DNA of 64,000 nucleotides from Azolla caroliniana (GCA_043228905.1 JBHGNT010000007.1:12028001-12092000), one strand, 5' to 3'; numbered from the stretch's first letter, positions 25,864-39,855 are shown. Notes: generated by a model not told the origin, from the letters alone. Made by a program: numbers and translations.

Positions 25864-26345
25864 TGAAGAGAATAATGCAGAATATCGCTAGGCCACAACC
25901 GAGTCTTGAATCACTTCAATGAGAATCAAACACACAAATGGGAAATGGGGAGAGAACGCACGTACACACAGACAATAGAGAGTACATAGGATGTTTACGT
26001 GGAAAACCCTAATAGGGAAAAACAACAGGAGCCCACAGACTCCAAACTATCAAATATATAGAAAAAGGTACAAACAGAGACTCAAAGGCAACGACCTCGA
26101 CCTCTGTATCTCTCTCTCTCCTTGTCACTATACAACAGTTATGCACATACCACAATATGATAACAACTCCACTAAATTGTTTGCCCTAAGTCATATTTAT
26201 ACTTATATGAACTTAAGGCTATTTAGAAATATAGCCTCAATAGGCTTACTCAAAACATATTCACAAATATGTCTTCTCTTCCGGTTCTCACCGGGTCCTC
26301 TTCATTCAACACCGGATCCCATCCAGAGCGACCGATTTCCCAACA
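25864..26345 (-). repeat. 5' LTR of copia F
   Basis: Adjacent to the PBS; its end matches 21931-22095. Confidence 0.88.
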
Positions 26346-26728
26346 GATGCGAACTCGCTAAAGCAATGGCGGTGGTTGTAGACCGCCTAGTTAACGCTCG
26401 CGAGGGCGCGAGCACCCTTCATAGGATCGTAGAAGCGATGGTTGACAAGATAGGCCGGTTTAATGGGAAAGACGCAACAAGCTACCTGGAGGCCTACATG
26501 GCCGAGATGTTGATGAGGAATATTCCGGAGGAAAGACGCTTGTCCAGATTTGCTTGGGTCGTAACGCCGAACATCCATGTGGAGGTGCTCGAAGTGCAAG
26601 TGGATTACCGTAATTGGGCAGACTTCAAGGGGCGGCTGCTCGAGAAGTACGGCTTCGATGATTCTCTCCGGTTGTCGAAGAAAGATTTTATGGATTGGGT
26701 CGAGAGCCCCGACAAAGGTCGGAACGAC
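26346..26728 (+). pseudogene. Gag-like N-terminal fragment of another, probably gypsy, element
   Basis: IGRFNGKDATSYLEAY...WADFKGRLLEKY resembles a retrotransposon capsid N-terminus. This is the only credible coding part of ORF 25991-26893. Confidence 0.6.
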
Positions 26729-26805
26729 AAACGGCGAGACTCGAAAATTGTGGGGCCATCAACAGTTGAATTGGTTGCGGATATAAGGGTTGAGTTGGCG
26801 CTTGT

Positions 26806-26806
<1 letters not shown>

Positions 26807-26877
<71 letters not shown>
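26807..26877. repeat. (GA)n microsatellite in the G LTR
   Basis: Read directly from the sequence. Confidence 0.95.
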
Positions 26878-26879
<2 letters not shown>

Positions 26880-27313
26880 AGATAGAGAGATAATTGAAAA
26901 GGAATTATTATATTGAAGAGCAAATGGATTACAAAGAGTAGGCAACAGACTACTACAAAATGGCGTTGAACCAATTTAGGTTTGGGATGAGTGGTAGATC
27001 CCAATTTATAAGTAATAGAGAACACTCTAGAATATTCTAGGTTATCCTAGAATGTAGAGTAATCTAGAATATCTCTAGAGTATTCTAGAAGGTTCTAGTG
27101 TATAGAACACTCTAGAAAATTCTAGGTCATTCTAGAATGTAGAGTAATATAGAATATTCTTATGATATTAGATTTCATATTCTAAAAACTATACATACAA
27201 GAATATTAATACAATGGCTAAGGATTTGACATGTGTACAACAAGGTCGTGGGTTCAAATCCTTTCGAGGCATAATGTGAGTGTCATGATCCTTTCGATGC
27301 ATGATGTGAGTGT

Positions 27314-27449
27314 TATCATGACACTATCCCCCTTCTTCGACGACATGTCTCACAGGTTGTAGGGTTTGTATTAGGACCTGGTATCATGACACTATCCCCC
27401 TTCTTCGACGACATGTCTCACAGGTTGTAGGGTTTGTATTAGGACCTGG
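27314..27449. repeat. Perfect 68-bp tandem duplication spanning the LTR tip, PPT and pol end of G
   Basis: 27314-27381 equals 27382-27449. Confidence 0.93.
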
Positions 27450-28830
27450 TTTACGAGGATATTGGTGATGAAATGCAGTGACGAGTTCCGCAGCATTAGA
27501 AAGATTTGCAGCAGGTTCCCATGTTTGATCATTGGGGGTATAGCCTAGCCAATCGACTAAGTAATACAACTTGTTGCACACGATTTTAGAATCGAGAATG
27601 GCCACAACTTCAAATTCGGGTCCGTCCAAGAACTCGACAGGTGGTGGGGGTGTCGTAAGACGGCCCGAAATTGAACTTGTAGTATAAGGTTCCAAAAGGG
27701 ATACATCAAACACCGGATGAAGACGCATGTGTGCAGGGAGGCCAAGTCGAAATGCCACATCACTTATCTTACCAGTGATCATGTAAGGGCCAAAACGTTG
27801 GTAATCCAATTTACTACAAGGTCAAGTGGTCTTGATGTTGTGTTGGAGAAGCCATACATGATCCCCAACGCGGAACATTTTTGAGGAGTCTAGACGATGA
27901 CGATTGGCAAGCCTCTTGTGTGTAACTTGAGCATCGTGCAAATTGTGGAGAATGGTAGCGTGAATTTCTTGGAGGCGACTAAGACGATCCTCGACAGTAG
28001 GGTTGGTAAGAACGTCTGGATGCGCATTCATCCTCTACCAAGGACGACAATCCGTATTTGCGAAAAATGGGGAATATCCTGTAGAAGAATGGGCTGAGTT
28101 GTTGTAAGCAAATTCCTCCAAGTGCAAAAAATCAACCCAATCATCTTGTTGATAGTTGATGAAAGAACGAAGATATTGCTCCAACATCTGGTTGGTACGC
28201 TCAGTTTGGCCATTTGTTTTGGGATGATAGCCCGAAGAAAGCTTAATAGAAATGTGGAGAAGTTTGAACATGTGCTTCCAAAACTTTGAGATGAATTGTG
28301 GACCACGATCACTAATAATATCATCCGGCAGACCATGATGCTTAAATACCTCCCCGCATAACAAGATTGACCACCTCTCAACTAGTAATCGACTTCATAC
28401 ATGGCAAGAAATGTGCCATTTTGGTAAATCGATCAACCATTGTGAGAATTGTATCATAACCTTTTGAAACTGGGAGATCGGTAATGAAATCCAAGGATAT
28501 AGACTTCCAAGGATTTTCCGGAATGGGAAGTGGTTGTAGTAAGCCATAGGATCGGTGACGAGGACTCTTTGATCGACAACATATACCACAACTGTGAACA
28601 TACTCAACAAAATGATGAAGGCGAGGCCACCAATAGCGTCGAGAAATTAATTCTAGAGTCTTGCGAACTCCAAAATGACCAGCCATTAGCGAGTCATGGC
28701 AATGTTGTAAAACTTGTAGTTGTGTGGGATCATCAGGAACATACAATAGGTTTTGTCGAAACAGAAAACCACCATGCCAATAGAACTGACGATAGTCCTT
28801 ACGAGGATTTTTCGACCCTGAGGAAGAAAC

Positions 28831-31800
28831 TGTCAGGAGCAGTACTAAGACAGAGACGTATTGTCAGGAATAGTACTAAAACAGAGAAGGAGTTAGTACT
28901 AAAAGATGAGGATTAGTACTAAGGGAGGTGTAGAACTCTCGAGAGAAGGAAAGAGTGAGTGAGAGAGAGAGAGCGAGAGAGAGAGAGAGAATGAGGATAA
29001 CAAAAGATATATATTATTTTAAGGGAATATACAATAGTAGCTAGGAGGCTTAAGACTAGCGTTGAACCGATTTGGTTCAAAATAATGCCTTGTGCCTCCT
29101 TTTATAGTGTTCTCAGGAGTACTCCTGAAGTTTCTAGAATTTTCCAAAGAAATGTGGAATATACATCAATTTTCTATAGTAAAACTTAAATGAAAATAAT
29201 ATCCTTCGTATTACAACATATAGTCTAATGGTCAAGAGCTCGACCCGTGTAACATAAGGTCATGGGTTCACGTCTTGAAATATCATGACACTATCCTTCC
29301 TTTAAAACGACGAGTGTGATGAGTCGTTTTGGATTGAGGACCTGGTTTGTCTCGATATTAATGATGGAATTCTTCAAGAAGAGCACGAGCATTGGTCACA
29401 TTCTCTATTGGTTCCCAAGTACGCTCGCTGGGACTATATCCTAGCCAATCGACTAAATAGTAGAGCTTGTTGCGAACAATCTTGGAATCGAGGATGGTGA
29501 CAACCTCGTACTCAAGTCCATCTTCAAGCTCGATCGGGGGTGGAGGTTGTTTAATACGACCTGGGATGTTGCTGTCTTGATAGGGTTTGAGGAGAGAACT
29601 GTGAAACACTGGATGTATCCGAAGTTGTGGAGGTAGAGTGAGACGAAAAGCGATATCATTAATTTTTCCGATGATACGGAAAGGACCTAATTGCCGGTAA
29701 TCCAACTTCTCACATGGGCGAGTAGTCTTGATGTGTCATCATAGTAGCCACACCCAATCTCCAATGTCAAAACTGGATGGAAGTCAATGACGATCCGTGT
29801 AAACCTTCTGTGTTTGTTGAGCTTGCTGTAGATGAGTAGATAAATCCGTTTGTATCTTACGTAGATGCTCCAAACGATCCTCTGTCCAAGGATTTGTAGG
29901 TAACTCTAGGGTTCAAATACACACCACCGGGGGTGACAGCCCGTGTAAGCATAAAATGGTGTCACCATTGTTGATGAGTGGACAGAGTTATTATATGCAA
30001 ATTTGGTGAAGTGGAGAATATCCGCCTAGTCATCTTGATGATAGCTTAAAAAGCACCGAAGATACTGCTCCAGCGTTAGATTTGTTCGTTCTGCTTGGCC
30101 GTCTGTTTGCGGGTGGTAGCCGGAGGAGAGGTTACAAGTGACCTTAAGCATTTTAAAGAGGTGCTTCTAGAACTTCGTGACGAACTAGGGTCCACGGTCG
30201 CTGATGATACTATCAGGAAGGCCATGATGCCGACATACTTCATGCATGACAATTTCGGCGGTTTCTTCATTGGAGATTTCCTTAGTACATGGCAGGAAAT
30301 GGGCCATCTTCGTATATCGATCTACTACTGTTAAGATCGCATCGAATCCCTTAGAGATCGGAAGATCTGTGATGAAATCTAGGGCAATGGATTGCCATGG
30401 CTTGCTTGGAATTGGTAATAGTTCTAATAAACCATATGGATGATGCCTTGGCATTTTTGCTCTGCAACATGAATCACAAGTCCGAACAAAATCTTCGACA
30501 AATTGTCGCATATGGTGCCACCAGAATGATTGTTGTACTAAATCTAGTGTTTTGGTACTACCAAAATGTCCAGCTGTATATGTGTCATGATAGTTTTGGA
30601 CTACTTGAAGCCGACAAGTACCACTAGGAACATACAAGAGTTTGTTAAAGAATAGTAATTCATAATGACATTTGAATTGTTGATAGTCCGTACTTGGTTG
30701 TGGCAACTGTGAACAAGATGCTCAAGAGGGATCAATTTGTGCTAGAATGGCTTGAGCGAAAACATCTGTCTTCAAGTCCTCATGTATGGTATCGATAACA
30801 TGGGAATCCAAGGGCATACCGAAGACCTGCATTGCTTGTAGTCGTGCTGGTTCCAAGATTACTTGCTTTTGGTTATTGAAAGCCGGCTCGCCGGCTCACT
30901 GGGACGCCGTGCTAGATACGAATGCTGTGATAATGCATCTGCCTTCACTTGTTGCTTCCCCGGACGAATTTTGAAATTTGAAGTCGAAACGAGTGAGGAA
31001 TTGGGTGCACCGAGCTTAACGTCGATTTAATACACGAGCATTCTAAAAGTAGGCAAGGTTTTTGTGATCACTAAATATGATGACTTGATGAGATGACCCC
31101 CTCTAGAAAATGCCTCCATTGCGTAAAAGAGTCCACTATTGCTAATAGCTCCTTATCATGAATTTCATAGTTCATTTCTGCGGCGTCAAACTTGCGTGAA
31201 TGGAAAGCCACAGGATGTAGCTTTTCATCATCACCCCTATTGAGATAGAATGCTACCCAAGCTGAATTCCGACGCGTCTACTTCAATGATGAATGGTTTT
31301 TCTAGATCAACATAAGCTAAACTAGGAGCTGATGTAAATGCCTTCTTAAGACTCTCAAAAGCAATGTCCGCTTCTTCAGACCCAACGAACGATTTTCCCT
31401 TCGTAGTAAGTTGTGTGCGAGGCAGAACAAGCTTTGAGTAATCCTATATGAACTTGCAGTAAAAATTGGCAAAGCCTAAAAAGCATTGCACATCTCGCAA
31501 CGAACGCGGAGTTTGCCACTCTACCACCGTTTTGACCTTAGCTAGATCCATGGAGATGCCTTCCGAGGAAATGACATAGCCCAAAAATTCTACTTGGTTG
31601 CACCCGAAACTACATTATTCCAGTTTTGGATAAAGACCATGTTCTCGAAGTCGTTTTAGTACTAATAGTACATGAGAATCATACTCTTCTTGGGTCTTCG
31701 AATAAACCAGTAGATCATCCAAATAGATGATCAAAAAGTCATCCAAGAGATCTCAGAATATATCATTTGCCATGTGCTGGAAGACTGTTGGCGCATTAGT

Positions 31801-34138
31801 GAGGCTGAATGGCATGACCGTATACTCGAAGTGCCCATATATGGTCCAAAACATAGTCTTCCATTCATCTCCTAGTCGGATTCGTACAAGGTTATACGCT
31901 CCTCGTAAGTCAATCTTTGTGAAGAACCTTGCACCATTGATCCGTTCTAAAAGACTTGAGATAAGGGGAAGTGCATACCTATTCCTGATGGTGACTTTAT
32001 TCAACCGATGGTAATCTACGACGAGACGAAGTGATCCATCCTTTTTCTTGACGAAGAAAATGGGTGCGCCGGCTGGAGATTTCGAATGTCGAATGAAACC
32101 ATTTGCCAAATTCTCCTCTATATAGGCTCGAAGCACTTCTAGTTCGGTTGGTGACAAATTGTAGATTGGTCCCCGGTTGTAAATCGATGGGGCAATCATA
32201 CGGGTCGATGGTGAGGAAGCGTATTAGCTCGTACTTTATCGAACACATAGGCATAATGATGATACTTCTCTAGAAGTTGAACGGTGGACTCCTCTTTATT
32301 GATACTGGAGGGGTTTACTGATATTGCGAAGAGAAACATTTCTTCCTTGTGTCCTTCCTCACACAACTAATGTAGCAAAATGGTTGCAATGTTATGAGTA
32401 GATCCTCGGGTTTGTCGACACCATATTTCTCTTGTTCTCCAATCTATGGCTGAGTTATGTAATTCGAACCATGGTAATCCCAAAACAATGGGATGTTCTG
32501 GGATACTAATGGGCTGCATAGATCTAGGCTTGTCCAACCAAACAGTTCCTATTTTGGCTGGATTTAATCGTTTAACTCTTCTTCTAGTTGACTAAGGATT
32601 TCAAATTTGTTTGAAAGGCTTGGGTTATTAGGACTATCAGACACACCTAGAGAAATAGACTCGGGTTTAGTACTATTAATACTAGCGGTTAATTGATATA
32701 CCTATCTTTTCTGCCGATGGGGGTAGTTCACTACAATATGCGTCGGTCCACCGCAATAAAGACATAATCAATTTGCCTTGCTTCGCTGCTTTTCTTCTTC
32801 CGATAGTGGTCCACGACGACGTGTGGTGTCAATTTCCATTGGAGATGTATTGAATGACTCCTTTGGGAAAGGCTTTGCTACGATTGAAGCGTAGGTGGGA
32901 TCCGATCTTGTTCGTGGCATTTGGAACTATCGTTCCAAACGTCGTTCGAAGAGGAGATTATCGCATCGCACCGCACGACTGATTGCTTCTGTCAATGACT
33001 TTGGCTCCTCAGGTAAATTTAAGCATAAGCCGAGGCCGGCCACTCACCTTGGCACAATCTTCGAATTTTGTTGATTGATGTCCTAACACTGTCGGTATCT
33101 CCAAAACAAGCTTTAAACTCGGTAATAAACTCTTTGAAATTATTTAACAAGGGAGAGCTTTTTCCTAAGATGGGGGGGAACCATGCCAAAGCCGTGTCAT
33201 TAAGTAGAGTGCTTACTAGTTCCACTCGTGATGCGTCGGTGGGATATCAAGAAGGATGCATTTGAATGACTAATCGTACCTGATTAAGGAATCCTCTAAA
33301 TTGCGATCGTGTTTCATCAAATTTCATGGGAAGGACGATCTTGGGTTCTTTATGAATCCCTTGCATACTAGGTCCTTGTTGTTGCATCGCTACTAAGGTT
33401 GCTTCAAGTTGTTGCATGCGTACCACTAGTTCCCCATGTTGTTGTTGTGTCTGCCGCTTTTCTAAGGAGATTTGTTGAAGATCCCCCAACAACCATTGAT
33501 TTTCTTGTTCCAAAGCAAGGAACTTCTCCTTCAAGCATTGCAGCTCTGAGAAAATGGATTGATATTCTTGAGCGCTAATAGTGGCCATAGTATGAGAGAA
33601 AAGAGGAATAAGAGATTAGTATGAAGGGAGGGAGAAGGAAGAAGATAAAGGAAGAGAAGGAAGGAGAGAAAAATCGGTTCAAACTATCAGGAGTAGTACT
33701 AAGACAAAGAAGTACTGTCAGGAATAGTACTAAAACTGAGAAGGAATTAGTACTAAAAGATGAGGATTAGTACTAAGGCAGGTATAGAACTCTCGAGAGA
33801 AGGAAAGAGTGAATGAGAGAGAGAGAGATCAAGAGAGAATTAGGATAACAAAAGATATATATTATGTTAAGGTAATATACAATAGTAGCTAGGAGGCTTA
33901 AGACTGGCGTTGAACCGATTTGGTTCGAAACAATGCCTTGTGCCTCCTTTTATAGTGTTCTCAAGAGTACTCCTGAAGTTTCTAGAATGTTCCAGAGAAA
34001 TCTGGAATATACATCAATTTTCTATAGTAAAACTTAAATGAAAATAATATCTTTCGTATTATAACATATAGTTTAATGGTCAAGAGCTCAACCCATGTAA
34101 CATAAGGTCATGGGTTCGAGTCTTGTCATATCATGACA
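28831..34138 (-). mobile_element. Chromovirus D2 nested in G, degenerate, protease deleted
   Basis: LTRs at 28831-29290 and 33685-34138. TSD GAAAC/GAAGC (4 of 5 match). Gag starts MATISAQEYQ at 33588; RT, RH, INT and chromodomain remnants follow. Confidence 0.92.
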
Positions 34139-37100
34139 GAAGCATGATCCAGGACGATATGATCCAAAACATCGTTGGCGAAATCATCAGTGTCCATATG
34201 ATCTCAAATGGAATCTTCATGAGTTGTTATGGCATTAACTACCATTAATCGTAAGCGATTAGGACCCAAAAAGATTTGTTCTTTGATGCTCAAATGTAGG
34301 TTCCCCTAGATGAAGTTCCATATAAGACTGCCGAGAAAGAGCATCTGCTTTGCCTTGCTGCATCCCAGGGCGATATATGATGATAAAGTCGAAGTGAGTC
34401 AAAAATTGCGCCCATTGGGCTTGTCACTGACTCAAGATTCGAGCATTTTGGAAATAAGTCAGGTTCTTATGATCATTGTAGACAAGGATTTGTTGAGAAG
34501 AACCTTCTAGAAAATGTCGCCATTGTTGAAACGAATCCACAATTGCAAGAAGCTCTTTGTCATGGATCTCGTAGTTGATCTTTGCAGCATCAAACTTTCA
34601 TGAATGAAAGTCGACAGGGTGTAGCTGTCCATCATCTCTAGTCTGCGAGAGGATACTCCCTAATGCAAAATCGGATGCATCGGCTTCGAGGATGAAGCGT
34701 TTTGTTGGGTTGACATGTGCTAAGATAGGTGTCGTTGTAAATGCTCTTTTTAAGCTTTTGAATGCCTCTATTGCATCTGAACTCCATATAAATGGCTGAT
34801 TTTTATGTGTGAGTTGACTAAGCGGAAGCACCACCTTGGAATAATCTTTAATAAATTTTTGATAAAAATTTGCAAACCCGAGAAAACATTGCACATCATG
34901 CATTGAAAGGGGCATTTGCCACTCTAAAATTGCGTGTACCTTCATGGGGTCCATAACAATACCATCTGATGATACAACATACCCCAAAACTTCCACTTGA
35001 TTCTAGCCGAAACTATAGTTTTCTAATTTTGCGTAGAGACCATATTCTCGGAGTTGACGCAGTACCTGACGAACATGTTCGTCATGCTCCTCTTGGGTCT
35101 TCGAGTAGATTAAAATATCATCTTGGTAAACTATAGTGAAGATATCAAGAAAATCTCGAAAAATATCGTTAGCCAGATGTTGGAAAACAACAGGTGCATT
35201 CGTGAGACTGAATGGCATCACAATATACTCCAAATGTCCATAGAGAGTGCGAAAAGCTGTCTTCCATTCATCCCCCGGGCGAATCTGAACTAGATTATAT
35301 GCTCCACGAAGGTCCAACTTCGTGAAATATTTTGCACCATTGAGACGTTCCAAAAGATTCGGGATTAACGGTAGAGCATATCTATTCCGGATAGTCACTT
35401 TGTTTAGCCCTCGATAATCCACGACCAAATGAAGAGTCCCATTCTTCTTCTTAATGAAGATGATAGGTGCACTAGTAGGGGATCTAGAATGCCGAATGAA
35501 TCCATTTGTGTTATGGGCATGACCATATAATATCCCGTGGTGAGAATTTACCGTAGTATTCTATACACGTGGATAAGTGTGAGGGTTAAACAAGAGTGTA
35601 AAGAAGGGATCTTTTTGACTACATCGAGACTCTGCTCTTGTGGTGGGTCAACTCTTGTAGCGAGCACACCAGCTCCAGGTACGACTCGACGCCACGGCGG
35701 TGATATGGGACGCCGATTGAGGCTCGAGTCCGTCTCGATCCCTTCGCTCGGGGGTGGTTGGGTGGATCGGTACCCTTCTTTCTCTTTCTCCTTTCTATCT
35801 ATCATTACTTTATCCTTATCTTAAGCTTACTTTAGTACCTTGATCTTTAATATTTGGTATCAGATTTATGTACTAATGTTTCTTTGTTTTTCATTTGTCT
35901 TTTGATTGATGTTGATCGATCGATGTGCGGTCGGCCTTGATCCAAACAACGATCAACAAAGAACTTCGGTAACTCTTTCCGTAATTTTTTTCTTTCTATT
36001 CTCTCTTCTCCCATCTAATCATGTGTTTAGTTTATATGTCATTTTTTCATTAAGTCAATGATGTTGTAGTGGTCTTTAATTGATTATCTAAAACGTTTAC
36101 ATATGTGCACGAGGTCAATACCTTGTTTGACATATAAATAATATGTGATGAGTGTCGTATGCATACGAGGTTAATACCTCAATTACGTATTACGTTCACG
36201 AACATATGTTACGTTTGCGTATGAGTTTAATACCTTGATTTGTTGTAAAGGATATGCGTTTGGTCTCATATGCGTAAGAGGTCAATACCTCAATTGCGTA
36301 TTACGATGATCTCTTATTTGTGGATGTTTCGTGTGCATAGAGGTATATACCTCAATTACGTATCTCGATCACATCATTTGTGGCTATTTAATATAAGGAT
36401 ATGTTAATATAGGCATATGTGGTCACGTATATATGTATTTGATCGTATATATGTGATAAGTAAACATACGTGTATATTCGTTACTACGTAATTATATTGA
36501 AAGTTGTCCTTGTTGGGAAAAGGATGTTGGTGGCCGTCCTCACATTTTTGTGAGAATGGCGTTGTCACCATCCCTTTTTCAACAATTTTTTATTGTTGAC
36601 AACCCCGTTGATGACCTCGATTTCGTTACGTAAAGAAACGCCTATAGCCATAATGATGTTGAGTATGTAGGGCTTGACCCACTTCAAGTGAGGTCACTCC
36701 AATGACACACGTATCCAACATCCCTCCCTCGTTACATGGATACGATGCCACCATGAGCTCGTTCTTATGAGAGGCATTCGTAATGACATGACCATGTGAT
36801 GGGCCATGTGGGCCTACTACGAAACGAAGGCTCATTTGGCTTGACCATTAGGTTGCAATTTGGCGTATGCCATCGTAATTACGAGACTTGAGGTTAGGTA
36901 ACGTACAAACATAGTTTTGGTAAATGAGGGCGAAATAAGGACCCTTGAAATATATGTTCTTTTAAAAAAAACATATATGATCAATTGCCTCGCATATCTC
37001 TTATACGCATCAAACATTAAGCATTCGAGAAGAGCAACTTACTTGGTTGGCTCAAGTGTTTAATGTATTTGTTCTCGAGGTCTCGAGAAGACCATACAAC

Positions 37101-37528
37101 ATCCTTGATACATATGACTATAACACATGTTTAGACTTAAGGTCTAAGTGCACCTCGGGGTCCTCGTAATAGGACTTAAAGAGCCGAAACCACATATGTG
37201 AGCACCGAAACATAGTTTATTGTTAACATTATTTTCGTGTATAAACTACTCATGACGCGAACATACATGGTTGAGCCTCGGGGAGCCGCCATGAAAAAAT
37301 CGATATAGAGATCAGGGAAAGACATTAAATTGTCACCCCCATGGTTTTTAAAACACCTTTGTGTTACCATAGTAACCTGATCTTGAACCTCATCTCATAT
37401 GTCTAGAGGGGTATTGACGTGAGATCATGATATCGATTAATGTTTGCCCATGATATGTTTACATCACGACATGATGTTATGACTATCTCTCTGACCTTAT
37501 CCTATTTCTTTTCTAGAAATAATCTTTA

Positions 37529-38624
37529 ATGGCTCAAATTAACAACCCGATGTCATCCGCTCAAGCGGAAGGAACTCAAGGGAATCCTCTTTGACAAATG
37601 TCCACTGAGATGTATTTGGCACAAATAACGCAATACCTTAGTTTCACCGCTCAACAGATGATCGAACTTCAGCAATCTCAGAGTGCTCTTGAGGCACGTG
37701 TCATTAGTCTACAACGTGAGACTAATAGACCTGATGAGCGACAAGGTGAACCGTCATTTGTCGTTAAGCCATTTACGGGAGAATAAAAGGAAAGAACCGA
37801 AGAAGCAATCTGCACATGACTGGGACGATGGGAGTCTCATTTTGAGCTCTATCCCATGCCAGATAGTACGAAGATTGCATATGTCGGCCGAGAACTTGAG
37901 GGTAAGGCTGCCACCTGGTGGCGTGGGCTCCGTACTATGGGGAAATTGCCCGATACCTAGACAGATTTTATCACGGTTTTTAAGGGCCAATTTCTGCAAC
38001 CTCCCTCTCGAACCGAGGCAGCATAAGCTTTAATGAACCTCTCTAGCAGGAAATTTTCCTCACTAGAAGACTATGTTCACCATGCTAGAACCCAAATCCA
38101 GAAATCGGGTCTAGAAGGGGACAATTAGTTGATAGCTTGTTTTGTCAATGGCATCCCCAATTCAGACTATCACTGGATAGTGCACAATAAGGATCCAAAA
38201 TCCTTCGAAGAGGTCGTTGAAATAGTTCTTCGCTATCAACGCACTTCGAAGAAGGACCACAACAAACCCAACGAAGCGCCCGAGACTAAGCAGTCACAAT
38301 TTGTTGGGAAACACAAGACACCCAACGAATTCCTGGATCGCGATTGTAAGCGACAACATCCTTTTTGCGTATTCTGCAAAAAGAAGGGTCATACAAAAGA
38401 TCAATGTCGAAAGCTCCTACGGAAAGAGCACGACTACAAAGCTAAAATTGCAGACCATAAAGGTCAGATTCCTAATGTCCTTCAGATCTATACACATCAT
38501 TTAAGTAATTGTCAATGTTTCTTTCCCTCACTATGTATTAGGTCCCAATGATTTACTACGTGCAAACGGGTATATCAATGGATCTCCCGTACAATTTTTA
38601 TTTGATTCGGGAAGCTCACACAAT
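37529..38624 (+). pseudogene. H1 gag and start of protease
   Basis: Near-identical to the H2 ORF start, with stops; breaks at FDSGSSHN. Confidence 0.92.
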
Positions 38625-39093
38625 TGTTATTGCTAGGGCCGGACAACAGCCTAACATAGGGTGTCCACTTAAGAACATCACCAAAGGGTGGTACGGCAGA
38701 ATGACTTACGTCACAACGCTTAATTAGACCTTAATCGATTACTTAGACATTCGTAATTAACACGCGTAAGATATGACAATAATCACAGAACGGTAATCAA
38801 CAATTGAAGATTAAGACCATAAGCTTTATTAATTATCCGCTACTGATTACATTGTAACCGGGCCTTTATATAGGTCTCCGGTGCGAAATACAAAACGGTG
38901 CCAAACTACACCTTTACGGAATCGTTCCGGATCCGGATCGGCATACCGATTCCGGTCCGTCCGTCCACATCTTCTTATATAATAATATGTATATATTAAG
39001 ACTACTAATTCCAACAGTTCCCGAATAACTATTCCTTTCACACTCTAGTTTGGAGTTTGGACCTCCTTTAGCCTTCTTTGCCGGCCGGTAACA
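38625..39093 (-). repeat. 3' LTR of element I
   Basis: TGTTA...TAACA, repeat of 60274-60743 with several substitutions and one indel. Confidence 0.94.
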
Positions 39094-39400
39094 CATGGCA
39101 CGCCCATGGGACAGTACCTTGTACGTCGAACTCACTATCCGGCCCTTTTACGCTGTGGTTGTGGCTGTGGTTGTGGCTGCTGCTCTGTTTGTGGCTTTGG
39201 CACCGGTGTTTCCGTCATTGGTTCCTCCGTCGGAGTTGTCTGTGGCTGACTGACCCCGGCCTATTCCCCCTCCGGTCTTTGCACCGGCGACGGTTCCTCA
39301 TCACTAAGGTTGACCGTTGCCGTCTTCCGCGCTTTTTCTTCCCGGAGCCGGGACCGCTCATAACTTTCGAACTGGATTTGAGCCTCCAGTCGATCATCAT

Positions 39401-39855
39401 TGTTACGGGCATGACCATATAATATCCCGTGGTAAGAATTTACCGTAGTATTCTATACACGTGGATAAGTGTGAGGGTTAAATGAGAGTGTAAAGAAGGG
39501 GAGGATTACTTTTAATCCTCGGGATTGAGACAACCCATTAGGTCAAGTGTGAACTTGCCTGGGGGCCTTGGGTTTCGCTATAAATAAGAGGCCTAGCTAC
39601 CCTCATTTGATGATCTTTGGACTACATCGAGACTCTGCTCGTGTGGTGGGTCAACTCTTGTAGCGAGCGCGCCAGCACCAGGTACGACTCGACGCCACGG
39701 CGGTGGTATGGGACGCCGATCGAGGCTCGAGTCCGTCTCGATCCCTTCGCTCGGGGGTGGTCGGGTGGATCGGCACCCTTCTTTCTCTTTCTCCTTTCTA
39801 TCTATCTTTTCATTATCCTTATCTTAAGCTTACATTAGTACTATGATCTATAATA
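39401..39855 (+). repeat. 5' LTR of H2 (TG...TA termini; TATA box at 39579-39585)
   Basis: Direct repeat of 45963-46417. Confidence 0.96.

Larger units (their letters stand above)
21927..26345 (-). mobile_element. Ty1/copia element F (A-like), rearranged
   Basis: 3' LTR remnant 21927-22095 matches the end of 5' LTR 25864-26345. PPT at 22096-22108. Degenerate iMet PBS at 25849-25860. Gag start MEESFGSMFKLTGSNY at 25834. Confidence 0.9.
26730..35508 (-). mobile_element. Ty3/gypsy chromovirus G (distant relative of D); contains D2 and is interrupted by H1; the rest lies outside the window
   Basis: 3' LTR ~26730-27323 (left edge uncertain). Chromodomain EFEVVAILDSK at 27384-27809, INT up to 28830, RH/RT at 34139-35508. 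Confidence 0.88.

Noticed and set aside
25991-26893. 300-aa ORF as a host gene
   Set aside because: It is a chimera of copia LTR, a gag fragment and a (GA)n tract (RERERE).
39617-39838. Identical 73-aa ORF at 39617 and 46179
   Set aside because: It lies inside the two identical LTRs, has a non-ATG start and is frameshifted in H1.
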